Below, piece after piece: positions 38,197 through 51,689 of a stretch of DNA of 64,000 bases (its first letter is position 1; each line of letters opens with the position of its first letter). A model generated the notes under the pieces. The model was not told the origin of the DNA. It saw only the letters and a program-made list of their open reading frames with translations, and searched no databases. Position numbers and translations under genes: made by a program. Location: the NCBI RefSeq assembly GCF_001194135.2, contig NC_068986.1:10883587-10947586 (forward strand). The letters run 5' to 3'. The stretch comes from Octopus bimaculoides. Lineage: Eukaryota.

Positions 38197-39720
38197 TGAA
38201 GGAAATTGTTGTATACAGTGCTTAGGTGCACTACAACTAAAAAAAAAAAAAAAGGCCACCAGGTGTACCGTTGGCGGATTTCAGGAAGCATGGAAGTTCT
38301 GAAGGATGTAGTGTCTCAACAGCTAACAATTGATGCGGATAGTTTACTCCACGCTTCAACAATTCTGAGCATGAAAAAATGTTTCCGAAAGTCATGGGTG
38401 CTGTGTTGTCTTTTGATTTTATAAGCATGTTCGCGAGTGTTTGTCCTATGGAATTCAAAAAGGTGCCCAAGGTTGTTGTTGGAAAGATGGTGGGATAATC
38501 TTGTGGGTGTCTACCAAGTCAGTTGCCAGAAGTCTGAGTTTCAATGTATCCATGTCCAGGGAAGCAAGACGTTGAGAGTATGGTAGATGGTCTGACGGCG
38601 GGTATACGTTTTGCTGCATGTTTCTGAACAGTTTCCAGATTTATATGTTGAGAAAGACAGGGGTTCTAGACTGGTGATGCAAATTCCAAGTGTGGACGTA
38701 CCATTGTCGTATACAGTTTTAGATAGATAGCTGGAGAGCGGCTGGCAAAGATCTTACTGGGTGATGCTAGCACCCCTTCAGCCTTCTTGACAATCTTAGA
38801 GATGTAGTTTGTCCAATGCAGATCGTTGTTTACAATAATGCCCGGATCACGTCCGCCAGAAGACTTCTTGAGATTGGTGTGGCTGAGGGAGTATGCAAAA
38901 GCTGAATTTTTCCTCCCCAAATGCATGGTGATTCACTTGTCCACAGCTAGCTTGAGTTGCCAGTCAGAGATCCATTGCTGCATTGTATCCAGGCCTGATT
39001 GTAGGAAAGATCTATAGAGCATAAGATCTGTTCTTTTTATTTCGAAGTAGAGCTTGATATCATCTGCATATTTCAGCACTGTAACGTTCTTCAAGTTAGC
39101 ATCTACATCATTAATATAGGCAACAAACAGTAGGGGTCAAAGAACGGATCCCTGTGGTACACCAGAAATCATCTCGTAGGATAAAGAATGATGTCCTAGA
39201 ACCGTAACTGTCTCTTTCCGACCGCGAACGAAGGACTTCAGCCAGTTATAGAGATCATCCTTCACACCGACTGCAGAGAGTTTTATCATGAGTCGTTTGT
39301 GTGGCACACAGTTGAAGGCTTTAGCAAAACCAAGGTAAACAGCATCCCCTCATGAGCCACCATCAGTAACTTGGCTGATTTCTTCAAGAAACTCGAAGGG
39401 TTGACTACAGCAGCTGGAGTTGGGGATAAAACCAAATTGTGAGGGTCGAATAAGGCAGTGAGAGCTCGAAAAGCCCCAGAGTGTTTCTCTGACACAGGAC
39501 CCCATCATTTTGGCGATGCAGCTAGGAAGGCTGACTGGACGGTAGTTGACAGGTGATATGTGATCACCTTTGTTGAACAGGAGATTGACACTGGCAATTT
39601 TCCAGTGCTCTAGAGTGACACAGTTGTTAAGACAGAATTGAAAAAAGGAAGAAAACTGGTGCAATAGAAAGAACCCACCACGTTTGAGAAGCAAATAAGT
39701 AACACCATCAAGGCTTACAC
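38197..39720 (-). mobile_element. CR1/L2-like LINE, 5'-truncated and frameshifted RT and C-terminus
   Basis: NYRPVSL, QFGF, KAFNCVPHK, PQGSVL, KYADD, MHLGRKN and VRPHLEFASPV motifs on the minus strand. Confidence 0.9.
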
Positions 39721-39889
39721 ATAGATATACATACATGTGACACCTGTTGCACCTGTACAGGTAATGTCGATCTGATGGAGGGAGTGAGCTTATGTCTACA
39801 CAAACATTTGATCACTATAAACAAATCATGTGTGGTTGTTCGGTAGGGAACTACAGAACCCTCATACGTCATCTAACGACGAGAGAATT

Positions 39890-40100
39890 CATCATGTGTG
39901 TGTGTGTGTTTCCCTCCACCATCGCTTGACAACCGATCTCGGTGTGTTTACGTCCTCGTAACATAGCGGTTCGACAAAAGAGACCGATAGAATAAGTACC
40001 AGGCTTACAAAGGATAAGTCCAGAGGTCGATCCCTTCGACTAAAAGGCAGAGCTCCAGCATGGCCGCAGTCAAATGACTGAAACAAATAAAAGAATAAGA
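39890..40100 (+). mobile_element. SINE family A, 3' half
   Basis: Well-conserved tail. Confidence 0.8.
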
Positions 40101-40135
40101 GTATTCTACAAGAGATGTTATATACACATGTATGT

Positions 40136-40170
<35 letters not shown>

Positions 40171-41131
40171 TACATAGATGAATAGCTACATAGACAGAGT
40201 TTACATGCATGCATGCATGCAAGCAGCATACAGATACGTAAAATTTTAATTGATTTTCTCTCCCAAACTATAACAGAAGAATGAAATGAAATGAAATGCG
40301 ATAGGTAGATAAATAAAAAGTGAATGAGAGAGAGAAAGAGAGGTAAATAAAGAGAGAGAAAGAAAGAACGTAAAAGAGAAAGCGAGAGAGAGAGAGAGAG
40401 GTTGTGTAGAACATCTTCCTTAGATGAATTGACTGTAAGATAAAAGCGTGATAAGCTTAGATGAGGGAGAATGAAAAGATTTTAACTGGAATCTACTAAA
40501 ACATTTAGCACGTGTATTGATGCCCCAATGTCAACTAGGGAGGCGAGGGTGGCAGAGAACTACTTACTTCCCAGGAAGAGTTATTTCACTCGCTCAAGGT
40601 CATACTGCAATTTATTTCTCAAAACATAAGGACACTACTGACTCGACTACAGAATCAATAACAATATATTGCTGGTATTTATTTTAATTGATTTCCGAGT
40701 GTAGATAGACGAAACTAGAAAGACTAAGATCTTATTTAGTTCACACGATCCTAGTAATACTTGTCAACTTTACCGCAATTGTTGTGAATTAAAATCGTAT
40801 GAAAATTACAAAATAGTATGAAAAAGTAGGTTATTTTCGAGATACAACAATCGACTGAACGAAAATAATAACTATTACATTTATATTCGTGTATTTTCTT
40901 CAAACTTTATGCATATTTTTTTCTTCTTTTGTGCATTCAAATCTTATTTCAAATCCATGTTAAACAAACAGCATTTAACCAAGGGAAAATCGAAACATCT
41001 GAGGAATTTTATCTTTAAATAAATGAATTAAATACATAACGACGAAGTAAAAAAAACTCCAAAAATGTGTTATGGGGTTCCAGGAGACTCCCTAAACCGA
41101 AGCGATTGAACTGAATCTTCTTGGTACTTAC

Positions 41132-41137
41132 CGCCAT
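41132..41137 (-). CDS. Candidate start exon, coding part ATG GCG only
   Basis: Minus strand CAACT-ATGGCG/GTAAGT: good Kozak context (A at -3, G at +4), perfect donor, CpG-containing non-repeat context. Confidence 0.6.
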
Positions 41138-41919
41138 AGTTGTTCGTTAATGTCAGTAATAAGACGGGAGTAGCTTTCGTTTGAAGAGTATTTCTAAATA
41201 ATGTACTCCTTGATTATTTCAAGTTTTCTTTTAACTGAAAAAAAAGGAACGAAGTGAATAGGATGAATTTGTTGTTATTGTTTTTTTTTAAATATGATTT
41301 TGTCCCGAAACAAGGCTTATGGCAGGAGCGGATTGAGACTCATAGAGTCCTTAAGCACTTTAAAGATTTTGGTGCGCCCATATATAATTCAAAATATAAA
41401 CAATAATAAACCATAAAATAAATATTTTTCAAAATGAAACAAAACTAACAGTAAGATGGAAGATAATGTTTATTTTTGTATAGTTCCATTTTATTTATAT
41501 CTGAAGTGTTTTCTACTGTTTTTAATTGCAAAACCTTTGATCAGATCCTCATTATGACACCATGAACTCTTCGAAATTATATTTCTAATCATATAAACCA
41601 CTGAACAAGTTAAAAGGATTTCTTTTGTGCTGTAAACCATTTACCTTTTCTGTGGTGCCCCCACTCTTCACTTGATGCCCTAAGCACATGCTTCTTTTGC
41701 TTAAGGCCTTAATCCTTCCTGCAAGGTAAAACGATAGAAAATTAAATTCATTGAAGATTGGGTTACCGACCACCCACAGCACATTCCCTTCTTCGTCCTT
41801 ACTGAGACTCACCTTGACAACTCTTACCTGGAAGCCAAAGTGAAAATTTTACCACCATTCAGGTGGACCGTATTGGCAGAAGAATATGGAGAGTTACCAT
41901 TTTCCTGCACAATTCATTT

Positions 41920-42265
41920 ACTGCAGATTCAGTCCCACTGCGTGGCTCCTTGGGCAACTATCTTCTACTATAGCCTCGGGCCGACCAAAGCCTTGTGAAT
42001 GGATTTGGTAGACAGAAACTGAAAGAAGCCCATCGTATATATATATATATGTATATGTATATATATATGTGTGTGTGTGTTTGTCCCCCCAACATTGCTT
42101 GACAACCAATGCTGGTAACTTAGCAGTTCAGCAAAAGAGACCAATAGAATAAGTACTAGGCTTACAAAGAATAAATCTTGGGGTCGATTTGCTCAACTAA
42201 AGGCAGTGCTCCAGCATGGCCGCTGTCAAATGACTGAAACAAGTAAATGAGTAAAAGAGTATATC
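41920..42265 (+). mobile_element. SINE family A nested in the LINE endonuclease region
   Basis: Family A centre and tail between the LTETHL and GDFN segments. Confidence 0.85.
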
Positions 42266-42619
42266 TCATTCTCCAGTTGTTACTGTGAATTAGTATCCGT
42301 ACATAATAAAACAAACGACTCAGTGATAATTGGGCTCTACAGGCTACCCCAAGTGCCACTACTGTGCTTTGATGAATGCCCCAAGAAAGCCAAGTCTTTC
42401 ATCAACCAGTGCAAAACTGGTAGCATTTTAATGATGGGTGATTTCAATCTCCCGTGTATTGCCTGGACTACACATACACTGAAAACAGGTGTGTGCCTTT
42501 CATCCCCAGAGAAAGCAGCAGTAGAATCACAGTTCAAATTCATGGACAAATTCTACCTGCCTCAACTCGTGCTTGTGCCAATGAGATTCAACAAAAACAC
42601 CCTGGACTTAGTGTTAAGT

Positions 42620-42999
42620 TGTTGGCACTCCGTTGCTTACGACGTCGAGGGTTCCAGTTGATCCGATCAACGGAACAGCCTACTCGTGAAATTAACGTGC
42701 AAGTGGCTGAGCACTCCACAGACACGTGTACCCTTAACGTAGTTCTCGGGGATATTCAGCGTGACACAGTGTGACAAGGCTGACCCTTTGAATTACAGGC
42801 ACAACAGAAACAGGAAGTAAGAGTGAGAGAAAGTTGTGGTGAAAGAGTACAGCAGGGTTCGCCACCATCCCCTGCCGGAGCCTCATGGAGCTTTAGATGT
42901 TTTCGCTCAATAAACACTCACAATGCCCAGTCTGGGAATCGAAACCGCGATCCTATGACCGCGAGTCCACTGCCCTAACCACTGGGCCATTGCGCCTCC
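42620..42999 (-). mobile_element. Young tRNA-derived SINE (family F) with 11-bp TSD
   Basis: Head GGAGGCGCAATGGCCCAGTGGTTAGGGCAGTGG...GTTTCGATTCCC; TAGTGTTAAGT at 42609-42619 and 43000-43010; CpGs largely retained. Confidence 0.9.
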
Positions 43000-45606
43000 T
43001 AGTGTTAAGTAACACATACAAACAGTATCCATGATATTGCAGTGGAGAAAACTCTTCTCTAACACCACAATATGGTTCTTTGTAGCCTGAGGTTTTGGCA
43101 GCCTAGAGAAAAACCTGACTATCCTACACCACAAGGTGTAGGATAGTGGATCTCCACAAGGCTAACTGGAAGGAAATCACCCACAATCTTTCGTTCATTG
43201 ATTGGTCTTTCATAGATTCTCTCTCTCCAAGTAGCATTGTCGCATCATGGCAGTTATTTGTGGACAGTCACAAACATATGTTCATGTCACACTCCACTAT
43301 GGTCCATGGGCAAAACAAAATGCAGGCTGCCTCACAAAAATAAAATGTCGCTCATAAGGAAAAGAAAAGAATAAATTTTTAAAAAATCAACCGGTTAAAA
43401 TATTGCCAGCTGCACAACTCCCAACAGTCAGATGTAATTCTACTGGAATCAAAGAAATTTGATCTCCAAAACTATTTGAAGTTTATCATTATCAATGAAT
43501 GAATAACTGAGAAGTGGGCCATTGAGAAAATTAAGCTCACTCCCAAAGTTTTCTTCTCATTCACCAAAAAATATAAGGTCGCTATCTCATCTGTCAGACC
43601 TCTGATTGCCGAAGACAACACTCTCCATTGTACTGCAGAAGACATGGTTGAGATTCTGCAGAAACAATACTGCTCTGCTTTCAGCAATCCCAGTATTGTT
43701 AACTTGGCCAACATATATGGAAAAAACCCACAGCACACCCTTTCTGACATATTTGTCGCCTTGGACATCATAGCAGCTATAAGCAAAATAAAGAACAGCT
43801 CAGCTGCAGGCCCTGATAGGTTCGCCGCTAGAGTCCTGAAGGAGTACCAACTCCAGTTAGCTCTCCTCTTAGCTACTCTCTAGTGAAAATCAATGGATGC
43901 GAGCTATATCCCTGAAAATTTCCTTTTCCAGATGATTACCCCAGTTTTCAAGAAAGGCAAAAAATCACTTGCCGTGACCTTCCCACCGATCTCACTTACC
44001 TCTCATATCATCAAATTATTTGAGAGAGTGGTGAGATCTCAAGTCACTCACTACTTGGAATCTAACAGCCTGATTATTTCCCAACCAACATGGCTTCCTC
44101 AATGGAAGGGACTGCTTAACACAGCTCTTGCATCATTTCAGTGACGTCTTAAAAGCCATGGGAGAGGGCTCCAATGCAGGTGTCATATACCTTGACTTCA
44201 GCAAAGCTTTTGACAGGGTTGATCACTGTTAAAGAAACTGTCCAACATTGGAGTCCGAGGAAAACTGTTAAATATTTTCAGATGAACGAAACTCAACATG
44301 TGGTAATTGATGGTGTCTGATCGACCTCAGCCAGAGTTATAAGTAGAGCCCCACAAGGCACTGTATTGCCCCCCCACACTTTTTCATAATTTATACTAAC
44401 GACATCACTGATGTCATGAAACACTTGTAGCATGCATATTTTCGCAGATGACTCTAAGTTACTGAAGGCTGTTGGCAGAGTTGAAGACCAGACAAATCAT
44501 CAATCTGATCTGTTAGCTGTTATCCAATGGGCAGAGAAACATAAAATGCAGCTAAACAAGAAAGAATTCAGCCTAATCCACTTTGGTAAAGAGATTGTAT
44601 TCCAACAACTATACACTCTTCCCTCGGGTGAACCCCTCATGGCATCCAGCACTGATAGAGACCTGGGTGTTACTAGTGACAACAAAATAAGCTGGAGTGC
44701 TCGCATAAACAGCAAAGTTGACATGGCTCGCAGGGCGTGCTCCTGGATCCTCAGGACTTTCCTGTCTAGAGACGCCCCTACCATTATCCTACTTTTCTCT
44801 ACTTTTTCTTGCCCTCACCTTGAATACTGTTGTCTGCTGTGGTCTCCCCACACTATACAGAACATTATCACAAAAAACAAATAGATGATATGACAAGCCT
44901 TGACTATTGGGATCAACTCAAAAAGCTCAGGCTTTACTCCTTCCAATGCTGCCGTGAGCACTATATCATCTGTGGAAAATATTCCATCAACATTGCCCAA
45001 ATGATATAGGTATCATCTTTAAAATTCATTGGAGGCTCCCCCCCCCCGTACCATCCGTCCACTACAGAAACCATGTTTGTGTCATATCACAACACTATGA
45101 CACAACTATTTCACCTCAACTGGCCCTGCTCTCTTCAAAACCGTACCAGCCCACATAAAGGAGGAAAGTGATTTCACAGCATTCAAATGGTCCCTAGATG
45201 ATTACCTCCAACAAATACCAGACAAACCTGGATATGTCTCTGGAAACGATAACTCTCTGCTCAAATGGGCTATGGTTCCCAAGAGCTGACTGTGTATCTC
45301 TTCCAGCTGGTGCTATTAAATTAGACATGGCCTGAGCCAACTTTGGCTGAAACTTATCTTAGTAATCTAAGTAATGATTAATTCAGCTTTGGTTCAAGGC
45401 CGCTGTAGTGTAAGGGACTACAAATTCAAAGGATGTTGATTGACAAAAAGCTTCAAGGATTGAATATCATGAAGAAGACGATAGTAGTGAGTTCCAGAGA
45501 GCAGTAACTCTAAGAAAGAAGCTATTACAGTAAAATGATTTATAACTAACAGGAAGCTCAACAGAGAAACAATACGCCTGGGAAGATAAGCTAGTAACAT
45601 GTTTAA

Positions 45607-45819
45607 CTCTTTATCGTTCAGATTACTCTGTCAAATATATTTATTTATTTATTCTCGTTATTTTGAATTAATCTTGCATTATCTCATAAGTTCAAGATTT
45701 CAATGAAGTGATTATTTTAGGAATAACATTGTAGGATAAGTGTAAAAGGCTGGATTTGGCAAGTTTGAACATAAAACAGAATATTTGGGCCAGATGTAGC
45801 TTGTTTAAATGCTAAAGGG
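45607..45819. mobile_element. piggyBac-type MITE, family 2
   Basis: TTAA on both sides; right end AATGCTAAAGGG. Confidence 0.7.
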
Positions 45820-46589
45820 TTAAAGGTCTTTTGAGAGGGTACTAGATAAGAAAGTTTAAAGCAATGTCCATGGAAATATTTATAGAAAAGACAGAAATAT
45901 TTATAGAAAAGATACATTTCAATGATGAGCCTGTTACAATAAAGAATACTAATATCTGTTGAGAATGCCGAGAGAGTTTGAATATCATTCTTGGATTGGT
46001 GTGATTGTAGTAGCAGTCAAAATGTTAGCTGGTGCTTATGTTGTTAATGCCATTTGTTCATTGTGACTAGCTGCTGGTCATGCTACTGTCTTGTAATGTC
46101 TCTCATTTGCCATCTGTTCATTGTTTCTGTATTGTCAGCTTGAGTCTGGTGTTGTCTGCCATCTGTTCATTGCTTTTGAGTTGTTGGCTTGAGCCAGCTG
46201 CTGGCTGCCGTCTTCCTAAGTAGCTAAGGTGCGCTGAACATATAGTGATGGTTAGGGTCAGAAAGAAGCACGCCAGAAGATGAAATTGATGTTGGAGTCA
46301 GTTCCACGCAAAGTCTTGATTGAACAGATTTTTTCGGTGTCAGGTAACACTCTAGCGAATCGCGACATCAGATATAATGATCAGATTGCTAAATATTCCT
46401 GCTACAAGCCAAAGACTCCAACTTTCCAACTTTCTATATCTATATATATATATATAGATATATATATATATATATATACATACACACACACACAAATACA
46501 TACATATATATACATACATATGCATACATACATACACACATACATACATGCATGCATACATACATACATGCATACATACATACATGCAT

Positions 46590-46666
<77 letters not shown>

Positions 46667-47449
46667 NNNNNNNNNNNNNNNNNNNNNNNNNNNNNNNNNN
46701 NNNNNNNNNNNNNNNNNNNNNNNNNNNNNNNNNNNNNNNNNNNNNNNNNNNNNNNNNNNNNNNNNNNNNNNNNNNNNNNNNNNNNNNNNNNNNNNNNNNN
46801 NNNNNNNNNNNNNNNNNNNNNNNNNNNNNNNNNNNNNNNNNNNNNNNNNNNNNNNNNNNNNNNNNNNNNNNNNNNNNNNNNNNNNNNNNNNNNNNNNNNN
46901 NNNNNNNNNNNNNNNNNNNNNNNNNNNNNNNNNNNNNNNNNNNNNNNNNNNNNNNNNNNNNNNNNNNNNNNNNNNNNNNNNNNNNNNNNNNNNNNNNNNN
47001 NNNNNNNNNNNNNNNNNNNNNNNNNNNNNNNNNNNNNNNNNNNNNNNNNNNNNNNNNNNNNNNNNNNNNNNNNNNNNNNNNNNNNNNNNNNNNNNNNNNN
47101 NNNNNNNNNNNNNNNNNNNNNNNNNNNNNNNNNNNNNNNNNNNNNNNNNNNNNNNNNNNNNNNNNNNNNNNNNNNNNNNNNNNNNNNNNNNNNNNNNNNN
47201 NNNNNNNNNNNNNNNNNNNNNNNNNNNNNNNNNNNNNNNNNNNNNNNNNNNNNNNNNNNNNNNNNNNNNNNNNNNNNNNNNNNNNNNNNNNNNNNNNNNN
47301 NNNNNNNNNNNNNNNNNNNNNNNNNNNNNNNNNNNNNNNNNNNNNNNNNNNNNNNNNNNNNNNNNNNNNNNNNNNNNNNNNNNNNNNNNNNNNNNNNNNN
47401 NNNNNNNNNNNNNNNNNNNNNNNNNNNNNNNNNNNNNNNNNNNNNNNAA

Positions 47450-47965
47450 AAGGCTCTTAAACAAACTGAAAAATCCAGCAGAAGATTTGATTTGGTTTTT
47501 CTCAAATGAGAAAAACTTCGACTAAGATCAAAAAGTTAACAGAAGAAATGACAGATGGTTATGTGCAGACCCTTCTGAAGTTCCAAGTGTTATGCATACA
47601 AAATTTCCTGCAACTGTCATGGTTTTAAGGGTTGTCAGCAATGAAAGACATGTGATGCCTCCTTACTTCTTTCCACAAGGCCTTACAGTTAACTCTGCTG
47701 CCTACATTGAGGTCCTAGAAATAATTGTTAAGCCCTGAATAGACCGCACATGCAATGGAAGGCCATATGTGTTTCAGTAAGATTCTGCACTATCATACAT
47801 GGCTCTGGTAACATAAGAATGGATGGCTGAAAATTATCATGATCACATAGCCCCTAACATTTGGCCTCCTAATTCCCCAGATCTCAATCCATTGGACTAT
47901 TACACGTAGAACGCTGTTGAGGGAGAGGTCAAGGAACATGCCCATAACACCAAAGATTCTTTGNN
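47450..47965 (+). mobile_element. Tc1/mariner maT (Bmmar1-like) transposase relic
   Basis: VMPPYFFPQGLTVNSAAY..VL, YVFQ*DSA and WPPNSPDLNPLDY. Confidence 0.8.
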
Positions 47966-49439
47966 NNNNNNNNTATCTTACGCACTCTGTACACACACAC
48001 ACACACGTACACACACAAAACTTTGCTTTTTTCCTGTTTTTTCTCATCTATTTTTCCCTACCACTCCCTCCTCTTTTTTCTTTCTTCTCATGTCTAAAAC
48101 GTCAAGACTTTCCCTTCCTTTATAAACATTCAGCTAATATAATACTTGTTAAAATTTGTCCATTCAATATGGCTGTGTGGCAAGAAGTTTGCTTCTCAAC
48201 CAGATGGTTCTGGGTGGCTATATCAGTTCAAAAGGTAACCGAGATGCTACAAAAACAAAACCAATGGAAGGTACCAGAAAATGTTAAAATCTCGAATATC
48301 CATTTAAAATATTTTAATAAGCAAACCCAAAGTGCTAAGAAAGCTATTTCATAGCACCTAGCAGCCTCATCATTGAGAAGGAAAAAAATCAATTCAATCT
48401 AAATTCTAAAGAAAAGGTATACCCTAAAAATTTGACTTTATACAACTTACAGTCTGAATTGCAGAAACGTCAAGGAAGATAAATATACACCGGATATCGA
48501 GATAAAATGAAGTTTATTGTTTTCTCTTCTTTGCAAAATTCTTGATATGAACTCGTGTGTTGAGACATTTTTTTGCATCTCAAGAAGGTCCTTATGCCAA
48601 TAATACGTGCACTGGCTTTATTTCACTTCTTTATTATTTATTTGTCATTAGATAATCTATTTAACAAATCAATTAATCATTCAGTTAATCAATCAGCTTG
48701 GTTTGTCAAAGTTTTCTTGTCACAATTCGTGACCTCAGTGACGTGCCTTGCCTACTCGGGGTCTATTTGGAGCGATTAATCAAACAATCAATTCGTTAAT
48801 TGGCTAAATAGTTAACCAATTGACGACTAATAAAGAAGCGAACTAGAACCAGTGCCTGTGCATAATGACCCTGCCAAGATACAAACAAAATTATTCCAAG
48901 AAAAGTAGAAAGAATGTTTCTGATGGTGTGTAAGGAAGAAAAGAATGTCTGTTCAACAAAACTAATCAAACACTATAGAAAAAAAAAGAAGGATCTAAAA
49001 ATGATAGATTGATGGCTAAAAGTTATGTTTACTAAAATTACTGATATCAGTTACTTTATAAACAATGGATAGTTAAGGAAAGTGCTCAGTTGCCATCTGA
49101 ACTCCAAAAAGCTTTGAAATATGTGACATACAGAACTGTTCCTTATTTTTCTATCCAATAATTACACAACTGCTTCTATTTTTCTGTTTCTTTATTTTTC
49201 TATCTGATAATTACACAACTGTTCCTTGTCGTTCTATCTTTTTTTTTTATAAAAGAATCTTAAAGTATTCAGGTGGCGGGTATGGCTTTGCTGAAAACAA
49301 CTTTCATAACAAATCATGAAAACATAAAATTACCATTTATGTATCAAATCTAATGTATATATACACCATTGAAAGGCATGATGCTGTGGATTTTGTCTGA
49401 GAGAAAATCTCTTTATTGACATGCTGTGTTAAAAACACA

Positions 49440-49920
49440 GTGTATATGAGAGCAAGACAAATATCATCTCAACAGTAACTCCTGAGAATGACAGACATGT
49501 TTCAGCCTTTTTGGGCCTTGTCCATAATGTGTACCCAGTTGCTACATACCTAGGTAAAATCTCTGTCACCTCTGATACATAGAGAACAGTGAATAATGCA
49601 TTTGCTGATATTGCAGAAAGCTTACCAGGCTGAAATAAACTCATTGTATGCAACAGGAATTGACTACATACATAATGTATGTTGAGTATGATACACAGGT
49701 GGTTACTTTAATCTAATGCTGTTTCAATTGTTTATTTTATGAAAACATAGGTTAAGAACTGCTGCACTTTTTGGAGAATTCTGTGATACAGCCAAGAAGC
49801 ATAACCTTCAAGATATTGATGTGGATGAATTACATGGAGCATATGGGACACTTGAGGCAATTATTAATATTCTTCAGCCATTAAGTTATTCAGTAAATCT
49901 GGAGCAGATGAATGCTTGAA
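49440..49920 (+). pseudogene. Possible decayed coding sequence with a short intron, unidentified
   Basis: Near-open frames with stops and a frameshift; GT..CTAAT..AG intron-like segment at 49699-49750; 54-codon open frame after it. Confidence 0.25.
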
Positions 49921-50039
49921 GCTGTGCTCACACAGAATGACATTAATTTTTTTTTAATGATAACTTTAGGTTGGAAAAGTAACATTTGCTTATGTCTGTT
50001 GATCAAAGTGGAACTCCTAATATGTAACAGCCATGTTAA

Positions 50040-51075
50040 AAAAAATCCTGGCTAATAGAAATCTCTTGGAGATGATAAATAAAGGGTATCAAGTGTATCA
50101 GCCCCTTCCTGGTTACCATAGTCTCCCTGGCCATAATATAAGAATTTAGGACTGGTTGCCCTTGGGAGCTCCTCTATGCCAATGACCTTATTCGTATAGC
50201 TAAATTGATACTACAATTAGAGAAGAAATTTCAGGTGTGGAAACAACGGCTGGAATCAAAGGGCCTTAGAGTTAATTCAGCAAAGACCAAAGTACAAGTA
50301 AGTAGGAAAGCAGACAAATTATTGATCCCTTCAGGGAAATGGCACTGCTCAATATGTAGTAAGGTGTAGGTAGGAATTCTATACAGTGTACCCAGTGCAA
50401 GCAATGAACACATAAGAAGTGCAGTTAAATCAGAGTTAGGTTAACTGAGAGTCTTTGTGTGTGGTAGATGTGCAGGTACAATAAACACTAACAACATACA
50501 GAAAATAGACTTCCTCAAATATCTAGGGGGATCCTTAGAGGTAGTAGATACTTTCTGCTACCTAGGTGACCAAATTGGCTGTAGAAGAAGTTACTCTGAA
50601 AGCATAGTTGCTAGAATAAAAATTGGCTGGACAAAGTTCATAAAGCTATAACCAATACCGGTAACAATAGACTTCTCCTTCAGAGTAAAAGACAGATTGT
50701 ACGAAGCCTGCGTATGGGCTCGAAGCTGCAGAGGACATGCAAAGGTTTGAAAGAAGTGAAGCCAGTATGCTCCACTGGATGTGCAATGTTAATGTGTAGG
50801 TTCCACCTGCTCATTAAATTGGGTATAAGAGGTGTCAGATGTACCAGGGAGAAGACTCTGCTAGTATGGTCATGTGAGGCATATGGGTGAGGAGAGCTGC
50901 ACAAACAAGTGCTGATCTCTGAATGTAGAGGATATCTCTGGAAGAGGAAGACATGGGATGAAGTGGTGAGAAATGCTCTTCAGATGTTGAGTCTGAAGAC
51001 AATTGGATTAAGACAATTGGTAATTTGCTTGAGAAGACTTGTCCAGCTAAGTAAAATCAAGGCCATAAAAGCATG
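50040..51075 (+). mobile_element. RTE-clade LINE fragment (RT end, PHD-like finger, C-terminus)
   Basis: WELLYANDL, GLRVNSAKTKV, a C-x2-C..C-x2-C..H-x2-C..C-x2-C cluster, FCYLGD and RKTWDEVV. Confidence 0.8.
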
Positions 51076-51147
51076 TCCTTGTGTCTTTTATCTTCATATC
51101 TCCTCTCTTCCCACGCACAATCTTTCCTCCGACAAACCTTCCCCACA

Positions 51148-51192
<45 letters not shown>

Positions 51193-51689
51193 CACTATTT
51201 ATTAAATATCATCTGGGTAATAACCTCATATACTGTTATCAGCTATCATATGGCATCATATAACAGGATTATCTATTTTACTGGATATACATGTACAAAT
51301 CTGTTAGTGTACATAGAATTCATATAAAAATTTATGAAACAAGATAGAACGAACAGGTTTTAACATTGGTAACAGCTGCTGCTGAGTTTTTCATAGCATA
51401 CTATTATATAAATAAATAAATAAATAAATAAATNNNNNNNNNNNNNNNNNNNNNNNNNNNNNNNNNNNNNNNNNNNNNNNNNNNNNNNNNNNNNNNNNNN
51501 NNNNNNNNNNNNNNNNNNNNNNNNNNNNNNNNNNNNNNNNNNNNNNNNNNNNNNNNNNNNNNNNNNNNNNNNNNNNNNNNNNNNNNNNNNNNNNNNNNNN
51601 NNNNNNNNNNNNNNNNNNNNNNNNNNNNNNNNNNNNNNNNNNNNNNNNNNNNNNNNNNNNNNNNNNGTGTGTGTGTGTGTGTGTGTGTG

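Larger units (their letters stand above)
41700..45375 (+). mobile_element. CR1/L2-like LINE, nearly complete decayed ORF2 (APE endonuclease + RT)
   Basis: LTETHL, MGDFNLP, TLDLVL, YLDFSKAFD, PQGTVL, IFADDSKL and PHLEYC motifs with many stops and frameshifts; interrupted by two SINEs. Confidence 0.9.

Noticed and set aside
42930-42999. Apparent tRNA gene, and similar heads in other SINEs
   Set aside because: It is the tRNA-derived head of a SINE, continuous with body, tail and TSD.
45930-46400. Repeat-like segment with GCCATCTGTTCATTG subrepeats
   Set aside because: No recognisable coding motif, termini or second copy in the window.
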